A DNA stretch of 63,894 nucleotides, counting the filler, from Salisapilia sapeloensis CBS 127946 (Eukaryota > Protista > Oomycota), in the NCBI GenBank assembly GCA_023334545.1. It is 10 parts of 10 records of this genome, joined end to end, with 100 filler letters (N's around TTAATTAATTAA, not from the genome) between each part and the next. Parts side by side here need not be neighbours in the genome. Positions count along the whole stretch, not along the records: positions 14,745 to 40,459 come from JAADVB010000246.1; positions 40,560 to 42,697 come from JAADVB010000952.1; positions 42,798 to 45,378 come from JAADVB010000875.1; positions 45,479 to 51,927 come from JAADVB010000562.1; 6 more parts are not named here. One strand, 5' to 3'. Below the pieces are notes generated by a model, which was not told the DNA's origin, searched no databases, and saw nothing but the letters and a program-made list of their open reading frames with translations. Numbering within the stretch: the stretch's first letter is position 1; the number at the start of each line of letters is the position of its first letter. The position numbers and the translations under genes were made by a program. Positions 38,188 to 48,600 of the stretch are shown piece after piece.

Positions 38188-39164
38188 AGCCTCCTAGCCC
38201 CGTGATATGCAGCACTTGCATACAAAACAGAGAACAGCAGCAGTAAGTCAATGGAATAAGTTTTTCTAATCACGTGTGTATCCATGTATTTGTTTCGACT
38301 TTCCATAAGGCAAGGCTTGCATCCGATTCAAAAAGCCACTGCTTCTACTATTTACTTATATTAAAGGCGTACAGAGATGGTCGATGAGATCTCTGTCTTG
38401 CTATCCTCGCTATCCAGCGTACCCGCTTCCCGCGTAGGTTTCGACACGTTTTCGTCTTTAATTTTGGTTTTGATGCTCCCTTCGGGATGAGGTAGAGAAC
38501 TACAACTGCCTAAATCAAAGACAGTAAGCATGGTGTCCGTGCCATCCAAGCTAGTCCAGGTGTCCGTTATCCTATATAATAGTCATCATGCGTCATGGTG
38601 GGATGGACATTTGGCTTTGAGCCCATAATACAAAAAGCTAGAAACTTGGGAGTAGCCGTTAGAAAGAAGCGTAGATACAACATACTCATTCGGAGATACC
38701 ACCAGTATTCATTTGTCTCTTGCTGTCATTCTTGGGTTCTGACTTCCATTGCTTCACAGTTGGAGACTTCAGTGTGTAGTTACCGTCAAGAAACGTTGGC
38801 GTGCGGTTCGCGCCGACGTCGCTAGTCAAGAAAATAGTGCTCAATACAGTCATGGAATCGTAAGCAAGAGTATTAAAGAACTCTCTTTTGCTTCGGGAGA
38901 GGAAATTTTGAATTAATACTTTTATCCCGGGATGGCTACGGATTTAAACGCTTCCGTCTCTTGAAATCCGCGCGCTTTCAGGGAATGTGAACCACATACT
39001 ATTAAATTTGATGGTCTGGATACTAATTCTTTGATAGAATTGATTCGATCTACGACCTTGTCTGCTTTGAAGATTGTCCGCATGCCCACAGTAGAATGTC
39101 ATACCGTTATTATACTCCTGCCTTCAGATTGAATATGTAGAGCTCTCGCTTAATTAATGAGGTC

Positions 39165-39760
39165 GTGTTTGTGGAGCGTTAATCGGGTAATATGCAAGGA
39201 ATGATTAATATTATGCGAACAAACGCGCAAAAAACACAGTAGAAATCATGGTCTGAGTCTTTGGCGGGGCATAGTGTCGAGCGTATCATCGGAAGTCCTT
39301 CAGGTTGAAGTGTTGTTCGATTTACTTGCAACAATGAGCTCTTCGCTGCTTTACTGGGACGAGTACAGTGTGATTCACAAATATAGTCCATTTATTTCGT
39401 CCACCACTGTACTGTGCCTGCTCCGAAATAATAGCGAAGCGCTCAATAGCGCAAGTAAAGCGAAGAGCTCACCAAGTCGAGCGACTGTTTCGCGCGCTTT
39501 TTCAAATATGCACATTTGGAGCACCAGACGCGACTTGAAGTCTTCTCGAAGATGGTTTCCTCTTAATTGCATCAAAGAAGAACAATCACTTGCTTGTGTA
39601 CTCCTAATTTGACGGGAAAGCTATATTGAAATGTTAGGGTAGGCTTTCCAATGGCAAGTGGCAAACCACAATCAGCTATTCTCAGCAAACGCGGCATTGC
39701 TCGATTTGACTATCAGGAATAGAACTACAAAAGCTGAACCCCCGATTTTGCACATTCGGC
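39165..39760. repeat. Degenerate interspersed repeat, copy 3
   Basis: Same orientation as, and closest to, 17350-18020. It carries a 9-nt insertion relative to copy 1 near 39480. Confidence 0.85.
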
Positions 39761-40560
39761 ACTCAGCGCGAATGTAGCTTTCATTTGTAGCTAAGTTGTG
39801 TTTACAAATGCAGTAAATCCAGCATGGTTCACGGATTAATCGATATCTCGAAACATCGTGTATTCATGTAAACGTTTATCTATTCTTGCTGATTTTGGTC
39901 ATGCTATCAGGTGTGAGTTCTAGACAGACTGACAACTTGCTCTCGAATAGTACCTTGATTTCTTAGCTCCTTCCATTATGGCCATGAGATATTGAGATTG
40001 ATGTAAAAATGGACAGGAAAAGCTTTAACCCTCGATCACTTGTATCACTCTGATGGAGCTGAACGAGTGTTTCCAGCTACAGTCCAATAGGTAGATGAAT
40101 GAGTAAAGATATGAGCTAATAAACACCCTGTGCATGTTGACTTCCATAGTAGTTGAGTGGTAGGCAGTAATTGACAACAAAGGCACACAGACAAATAAGG
40201 TCTATCGATTTCAATTATAGGTCAAGATTGCGAGTTCGCTCGACGCAGAGTTCGGATGTCAGACAAGCAACTGGTGGGCTGCTAGTCTACTTTTTTATTA
40301 AAGCATTCCTGTGAAGAAAAACAATTTAATAAGTAAAGGGTATTGTATTTTATTATTGCGAGTCTTGGCAACTTGTCATATACCGAGTGCCTGCTTCAAA
40401 TTCTACTCTAGATAGATGCTGTCTGCACAAATTCATAGTCAGCTGATTCTTCACTTGACNNNNNNNNNNNNNNNNNNNNNNNNNNNNNNNNNNNNNNNNN
40501 NNNTTAATTAATTAANNNNNNNNNNNNNNNNNNNNNNNNNNNNNNNNNNNNNNNNNNNNG

Positions 40561-40677
40561 GACGACGAAGGCAAGCACGAGACGATCTGTTCGGGTGGCA
40601 CGCCAGAGGAGTTTGAGAAGCTGTGGTCTGACACGGCCTTTGGAAAAGCGAACACGAAGACGATCAAGGACAAGTAG
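40561..40677 (+). CDS. C-terminal fragment of an unidentified protein
   Basis: GC-rich, codon-biased frame DDEGKHETICSGGTPEEFEKLWSDTAFGKANTKTIKDK* running from the contig start, followed by AT-rich 3'-UTR-like sequence. Confidence 0.5.
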   Translation, partial: DDEGKHETICSGGTPEEFEKLWSDTAFGKANTKTIKDK

Positions 40678-40788
40678 GAAACATAGCAAGACGATTTATC
40701 TACTAAAGTAAAATTCAAACCAAGTAGTTACTGTGAATTTTTTTTATTTTTTACTATGTTTTATGTTTAGTCTCTAACGACCGAGAGC

Positions 40789-42697
40789 TTACATCTTAAG
40801 GTTGAACAAGTCCTTGTGGAACTTGGATCGGATGAAGTCCCGGACAGGTCCAAGGATGAAAACGTACTCGTAAATGATCACAGCGAACATATTGCCAAGC
40901 AAGATGCCCAAATACTTCTGACGGAACGTGTCAGGAAGTGGAATGTCCGGCAGACCGACGACATTCGTACTGGACGCAATACGGAACTGGTCCATCACGA
41001 CGGACGGCTCGCCCAAGATCAAGTACAGGTTGAACGCCAGCAAGATCGCGAAGAAGACGCAGAACGCCCAGTTGTGCCAGATCGGCTGGCGGAAGCGTCC
41101 ACCGAATGTGTACACGAGCGCGGCCGTCTGCTGCTGAATAATGATCGAGAAGAAGAGGCACGTCGTGATCGAGTTGTCAGAGAGCAACCACCACTTGGCA
41201 AGGTCGATACCATCCGGGTTGAACGGGCAGTACCAGTCGGCCGCATTCAAGAAGCTGATGCCACCTTCGAGGAAGCACACGTTGATGATCTCTTGACCGA
41301 GGACCGACGCGATCGTAGCCGGGCCGACCAGACTCGACGTCGGGCGTTGGGTACCGAGGTACGGCTTCGGCTTGGACAGCGTGATGAAGTACGAGAGACC
41401 GACGAGGCAGAAACCGTCCGTCAGGATGTAGCAACCTTCGCTCATGATGACACCGTTGTAGTACTGCACCAGACGCATGGTCGAAGCGATGAGACCATAC
41501 ATGATGAGGAACTTGACACTACCGAAGCTCGTCGCGAGAGAGCAGCGGCCTTCACGGCACAAGTCCACGACAGACGTGACCGTCTTGAGCTTGGACGTGA
41601 ACGGAGAGACGATGGAAGCTTCCGCGTCAGACAGAGCGATACCAGCGTGGGCGATACGGAGGGCACCGCAGTCGTTACCACCGTCACCGCACATACCGGT
41701 CACGAGACCCTGGTCCATGTGCATTTGGACGCACTGGACCTTGCCGTCCGGAGTCATACGAGAGTAGATACGAGTGTTCAAGAGGAGCTCGTTCATCAAG
41801 TCGATCTGACGGAGGTGGTCGAAGGCAGGGCCAGTAACGGCAAGCTCGACGTCCTCACGATCGGCCATTTCACGCACTTGTTCCGTGGAGAAAGTCTCGC
41901 GAGTCTTGACGTCGCTCCAGACGAGCTGCTTGCCGGCACCACGTTCGCCCTGCATGTCACCGAGGATAACCTGAGCGTTGCCCTTGACCATGCCACACTG
42001 CTTGGCAATGTAGCAACCGCACATGGCGTTATCACCCGTGATCATGGACGGACGGATGGAACCTTCCTGGAGCTGACGAATAGCATCAGCCGTGTCTTCC
42101 TTGAGTTCGTTACGGAAGAGCACGAGACCGAGGGAGTGGAGACCAGTTTCAACGACATCGCGGTCCTTGATAAAGTCCTGAAGCTCCGACTCTTCCATCG
42201 GCGGAAGCTCACGCACAGTCATACCGAGGACGTAGCAACCATCACGCGCGAGCTCTTCGGAGACGTTCATGTAGTCACCCGGAAGACTGTCGTCCGTCGC
42301 GACTTGCTGCATCTTTTCGTACGAACCCTTGCAGAAGACGTAGAGCTTACCAGTCTCGAGGTCACGCATGACAACAGACATGGACATACGGTGGTGGTCG
42401 AACTCGAAGCGCTTGACGACCTGGAGTTGAGTGCCAGACGGACTCTTGACGATCGGCTGCTTACCTTGCTCCTCCATGAGCTCCCATCCAGTAGCACGGA
42501 ACATCTTGACTTCGACCTGGTTACCCACAAGTTCACCGTTGAGGGATCCGACAGAGTGGCAGGACGCAAGGGCAAAGGTCGACATCTTGTCCATCTTGTT
42601 GAGGTCGATGCCAGGGACCATGTCGAGGAACTGCTGGTTCTCCGACTGAATCGGCTTGAAACCGAGGAAGTCGAGACCTTCCTTGGTCAGCGTACCA
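40789..42697 (-). CDS. P5-type (ATP13A-like) cation-transporting P-type ATPase, C-terminal part (5'-truncated)
   Basis: The contig end reads GTLTKEGLDFLG (remainder of DKTGTLT). Motifs RFEFDHHRMSMSVV, VFCKGSYE, MITGDN, YSRMTPDGK and MCGDGGNDCGAL, plus P5-typical EASIVSPFTS and REGRCSLATSF and C-terminal TM helices. Confidence 0.93.
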
Positions 42698-42797
42698 NNN
42701 NNNNNNNNNNNNNNNNNNNNNNNNNNNNNNNNNNNNNNNNNTTAATTAATTAANNNNNNNNNNNNNNNNNNNNNNNNNNNNNNNNNNNNNNNNNNNN

Positions 42798-42938
42798 AAG
42801 AGCTCTTTGTGAACAACTTAATTTCTACTACATCGAGATTTTACATAAAATTAACGCTATTACAAATAATTGTACTTAGTCTGACTGTATACCCGAACAA
42901 AATTTATAAAACTAAATAATGCATCAATTATCTACAAC
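42798..42938. repeat. 141-bp terminal inverted repeat of contig C4 (partner 45238-45378)
   Basis: Exact reverse complement of 45238-45378, continuing imperfectly for about 12 nt inward (CAACAGATT). Confidence 0.95.
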
Positions 42939-45237
42939 ATCCAACAGATTGAAACAGAACTAATATCAGTCTCTAGAAACTATAAGTAGATTATTATGAT
43001 TTTACTGTCAATTTAACATCAAGTATTGACTGACATTAAAATTACAAATAGTGTTTTCTATGTACTCAGATATATAATGTTGTAGGAAATGCGCAATTTG
43101 TATTTGTTTTTACACAATATTTTACACAAATTGTAAATAACCAATAATTTACATGAAGAGTGCAATATAAATACTATTGTGGAGAAAAGAATGCATGATC
43201 CTAAGAATAAATACATACATAAAAGCAAATTATGAGCTAAAAAAATTGTATTTTAATCTGTACAGCAATACATACATAAAAAACTAATGCAATTAATACA
43301 AGATCTTCAACATCATATATGTTAAGACATACGCTAGAGGAAGGCATTTATATGTTGTTATAAATTTAAAATTTTCAATAAAAAAACCAAAATGAAACAA
43401 ATCAATTTTAGGACTATTTAGAAACGTATTACAATAATAAGATTTTCAACATACAAGATAAAACAAACAAACTATTTGTACTAAATATTTATCCTGTTTA
43501 AATACACTAATAATATATTAATAAAAGTAGCGCACAAATTGTTATACAGCAATAAGCATAGTAAACTAATAAAACTTCATTCTAAAAACCGACATTTTTA
43601 CAATAAATGACTTGAAATAAATTGCAAACTTTATGTTTTCAAATTTTAAATATCAAAGTGTGCAAATCTTAAAGAAAGAAATAAACAAATTACTTATAAT
43701 CGATAGAACAACAAGAAAAAATTTACAAATCAATTAAGCAACATTCAATAATAAAATTATCGCATTATTAAAAAAAATAAAAAAATAGTTTTAGAGTCAA
43801 ACAATAGTGCTAAAAAATTATGAGCATTAAAAAATAAATTGTTACATCAGGTTTTGATTATATTTTAGCAAAAAACATTTTATTTATCTACAAATAATTA
43901 TTGATTTAAAACAACTGTACTGCAAATACAAAAATATATTTAAAAACTATTATACCAAATTTTTATCAATTTATCAGGTATTTTTTGCCAAGATAAGGTT
44001 CTTCTTTTATAACATCATAACTAAAATTCTATATATCAATAATACATAAAGTTCTCGTTTATTTTCAAAATAAATTTAGAAACAGAAAATGTTTTATTTT
44101 TATTTTTAACATATATGGTTTTTACTGTATTAAAATATTTTATATTACATTTTTTTTTGCACAAAATGCATAAAATCGAAAAAAAGTGTAATAGACTTAA
44201 TATTAAAGAATTATGTAAGTACAATCAACAGCACCTTTGCTGCTCATTATAAAATTGTAAAAAAATTAAATTTAGTTTGTAGTTATATTTATTGTAAAAA
44301 AATTAAAATATTTTCAAACCGTTAAAAAATCTTTATACTATGTAAGAACGGTTTTATGCTATAAAGGTTTAAATAACTTTGTGCAGGCATGCACTTAAAC
44401 TTATTTTAATGCTTAAATTGATTTCACAGGATTAATATGAGCAAACAAATAATATATATGTGATTTATATAAAAAATTTATATGGCAATGCGTTTGTGTT
44501 ATTTATCAACACAAAATCGTACTATTTAAAGTGTTTACATCATTTAAACAAAATATTTTAGAAAAGTTTTACTAATGGCAACGCTGCAGCGTAGCACAAT
44601 GTTGTTTTATGACTTGCAATGCAAAAGTTTGCATTTTGATATTCGATAACAGAAAGATTTTGTTATATTGACTATAAAAGCTTATACAACATATTTAAGC
44701 ATAAAATGTATGAAATCGTAGAAACATGTGCAGCGATAAATTAAGACACAAACACGTGAAGTTGCTTTTTAATGAAAATGTCTCTTTACTAAATATGTAA
44801 AATAAGGAACTATATTAAATTTATACAGAATAGATGTTTATCATTTAAATGTTGTGTTCATGTACATGTATATGCGTATAAGTTTGATAGAATTTTTACC
44901 TTGTTTCTGCGAACTTTGCTTTAAAATGAAGACATCATTTTCAAATAATATCTATATTTAGAACATAAAAGGTTTGAACTATTGCTCAAAAGATTTTTTG
45001 TCAATTCTATTTTTTTTCGTGTACATTTCTTATATTTAAAAAAAAGATACAAAAATTGATTACAATTATAAAAATTTGTGGTTAATAGTACTTTACAGCA
45101 TACTTAAGGCATAGAAACCGTGTTTTGTGTACAAAGAGTGCCCTAAAATTTTATCTGTCATAAAAAATTTTCTTTCATATTGTCTTTGCTTTTACAGCCT
45201 CGAACAGTTTTTGTTGTATAAGCTTAATCTGTTGAAA

Positions 45238-45378
45238 GTTGTAGATAATTGATGCATTATTTAGTTTTATAAATTTTGTTCGGGTATACAGTCAGACTAA
45301 GTACAATTATTTGTAATAGCGTTAATTTTATGTAAAATCTCGATGTAGTAGAAATTAAGTTGTTCACAAAGAGCTCTT
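45238..45378. repeat. 141-bp terminal inverted repeat of contig C4 (partner 42798-42938)
   Basis: Exact reverse complement of 42798-42938. Confidence 0.95.
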
Positions 45379-45619
45379 NNNNNNNNNNNNNNNNNNNNNN
45401 NNNNNNNNNNNNNNNNNNNNNNTTAATTAATTAANNNNNNNNNNNNNNNNNNNNNNNNNNNNNNNNNNNNNNNNNNNNAATCCGAGAACAAGGAACCAAA
45501 CGAGTTGGTCTGAAGACAAGTTGATAAGAGAAACAAGTCAAGTTCATATTTGGTTGTTATATCTATCGTCGTTCTACCTGTCATCTCTACTGAGGCGAAG
45601 TACCTGTGCACTTTCTCAA

Positions 45620-45636
45620 GGTTATGAGCCCAACGC
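45620..45636 (+). other. Primer-binding site complementary to the tRNA-iMet anticodon stem-loop (half-tRNA type)
   Basis: GGTTATGAGCCCAACGC lies directly after the LTR-terminal CA. Its reverse complement GCGUUGGGCUCAUAACC contains a CAU anticodon loop. Compare the Drosophila copia-type PBS GGTTATGGGCCCAG. Confidence 0.8.
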
Positions 45637-48600
45637 TCTCTGAGATGACAAGTGTAGAGAGAGCAACGATCAGCAATACCAAAGTATGGCATGAGAAGGA
45701 TGTCCTCACAAGGGACTCGGACAACTACGGAGACTGGGAGTCTCGTTTGAAGCGTGCGTGTCTTATAAGACGATGCTGGAAGGTGGTGGACGGAACTGTC
45801 CAAGTCAATGATACAGTGTCAGGAGATGCGCCTACTGAAGAGGAAGTGCGTGCCTGGAGACTCAAGGATGCCACAGGACAGCAAATTATAATGGATGGAA
45901 TTAGCAACAGACTTCTGAGGGAAGTAGAGGACGCGGATTCCGCCTCCAAGATGCTGAAGACGCTGCAGTCTATTTTCAAGCAGGAATTGAGACAACGAGC
46001 CTTGCGCTATCGCCAGGACTTTGAAAACCTGCGATACGATGGCAAGGAGGAAATGAAGGACTTTATTAATCGTCTTAGAGATCTGGTTATAAATATGAAG
46101 GACGCGGGCGACAAGGTCACGGATGATGAGAAGAGGATTCGCTTTCTGAATGCACTGCCCAAGGAGTGGGAGACATTCGAGACGACAGAGCGAACGAAAC
46201 GAGACTGCGATTTCGATGAGTTGGCGAGAGATGCCATGGACCATGAACTAGTATTGAAGCGACGTCGCAAGCGGGATGAAGAGGCAACCGACGTGACTAC
46301 TCTCGTCGCAATGGATCGCAGTCGAAGCGGAGGTTATCGAGGTGGACGTCGAGGACGTGGTCGTGAACGCTATCATGGCCGTACACAAGGACAGAAGCGA
46401 ACGATGGATGCCGCGGTATCGTTCACTGGAAGATGCTTCAAGTGTAACAGAACAGGCCACAAAGCGTATCAGTGTAAACCAGGACAACGGACTGACGATA
46501 ACAACGACGTGAAGGATGAAATCAGCGCCGTAACCTGGGACGTCAGAGCGGACTCCACTATGAAGGACGAATGGAGCTTGGCAGTCAACACAAGCGAAGA
46601 TGAAGGCACTCAAGCTTATATTGCAGAGGATCCAACTATGGCTAAGGAGTACTGGACGCTGGATAGTGGCTGCACTAGCCACATGTCCATGAGTGAGGAA
46701 ACATTTGAAGGCATGAAGAAGACACAACGTATGATCATTGTCGGAAATGGACAAAGAGAGCGAGCAAAGGGAGTCGGAACTGCGACGATTTGGCTGCGGT
46801 CGGAATCGGGAGCGCAGGTGAAGGTACGACTACATGAGTGCTTGTATGTTCCAACACTTATGAGAAACCTCGTGAGCGTTCGAGGGTTGCTACTGTCAGG
46901 GATTACCACGCATTTTGTGGATGGCAATAAGGCCTTACTCAAAAAGGGGAACGTTGTGATAAGCTCAATGGACAATCCATTTAACAGCCTCTATTTACTT
47001 CGGAGTTTGAATGTCAAGGAAATTTACGAAGTTAATCTGGCCGTACAGCACAATCCAGTCACACTATGGCACAATCGACTGGGTCACTTGGGATTTCAAA
47101 ACCTAGCTATGTTGTCGAAACAGAATCTGAAGAGCCTGAAGATGTCCTCTGATGGACGTAAAGAGCAAGATGTATGTGATATATGTCAAAGATCCAATCT
47201 TACTCGAGCTTCATTCAAGCAGAGATCTACTGAGCACGCTCAAGCTGTGCTTGATCTAGTACAAATTGACATTAAGGGTCCAATTGAAGTGTTGTCATTG
47301 GATGGCAAACGATACTTATTCATCGTTGTAGACGACTTCTCCGGTTACATTCAAGCTTACACCATGAAGACCAAAGGAGAGGCCTTAGAACGTTTTCAGG
47401 AGTACACACGATATGTGTCTACCAAACATGACAGAATGATCGGAACAGTGCAAAGTGACAATGGCAGCGAGTTTACAAGCTTGGGATTTAGTAGCTACTG
47501 CATGCAAAATGGAATAGGACAAAGGTTCACTGTAGTACATACACCTGAACAAAATGGAGGTGCCGAGTCAAGATTTCGATTACTATTTCGAAAAGTTAGA
47601 GCTATGCTAATTCAAAGTCAGCTTCCCAAGCAGTTTTGGAGTGAGGCAGTCCTCACGGCTGCACAACTGGCTAACGTATCTCCCCTCAAAAGAACTGGGG
47701 AGCCACCTTATCTTCGATGGCACGGACGTCACCCTGGCTACAATGACTTACGAGTCTTTGGCAGCCTATGTTATGCTCACGTCCAAAGTTCGCAGGCAAA
47801 AGAGCTTAACCTGACACAGAAACCGGGTGTACGCAAAACTCTGGATAACAGAGGCGTGCGAGGAATCTTCCTCGGATATGCGAGGAACAGGAGAGCATGG
47901 AGGATTCTACTCTGCTCCAGCGGGATCGTCTTTGAAACTTGTCATGCTGCGTTTGATGAGAGTGACTCATACGCAGTCCTAGAAGTGAAACAGCAAGAGC
48001 TAAACAAGTTAGCAAAGAAGACTCAGCTGGATTTCAATTATAATGGAAAGAATGCAGATAGTTCTATAGATATTATGTTCTATGACAAAGCAGACGGTAA
48101 CTTGGGAGACAGGAATCCCACAAACGAGATGCCTGGATCGTCTAGTGCAAGCCTTGGAGTAATCACGCGCACAGTGGTGGACTCGTCTGTCCAGCCAGTG
48201 GAGAACACTCGACGCTCTGAGGGACGAACTGGAGGCGGAACTGCAACCTCAGGAGATTTAAATTACCGGTTCAGCAATGAAGCCTCTGGAACCAATGCAA
48301 GCACGATGTCCACCGGAGACGAGAATACACGACATAACAATGCTAGTTCGATGCCCAGCAGTGATAGAACGGTCGTAGAAGACGACAGCATGCGATATCG
48401 AGAGGGTGGCACTCCAACTGCAGAGAGTCTATCACGTCCAGAAGATGAAAATAATAATGCACGACGACTGGCAAACAGCTCCAAACGTACTGAGGAAGAG
48501 GGAGAGAGAAGTCAGCAACATCATCCGAATCGACACTCTAAATCGGGTAAAAGCAGCACAGTGAGTCACGAGAGTACCACCTCAGGTGGAAATCCGAGTC

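Larger units (their letters stand above)
42798..45378. other. Extremely AT-rich contig with no long ORF, bounded by inverted repeats
   Basis: Visibly far more AT-rich than every other contig (roughly one-fifth GC by eye). Only one 62-aa ORF in the track. Confidence 0.9.

Noticed and set aside
40816-42753. 645-aa antisense ORF over the P5 ATPase (likewise 53061-54479, 5241-6443 and many ORFs inside the HECT gene)
   Set aside because: Shadow ORFs produced by strong codon bias on the coding strand. No motifs.
42798-44050. Possible ghost ORF, alternative genetic code or RIP-like hypermutation in the AT-rich contig
   Set aside because: Hand translation of two plus frames showed similar densities of TAA, TAG and TGA. 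CA and TG dinucleotides are common, unlike classical RIP.
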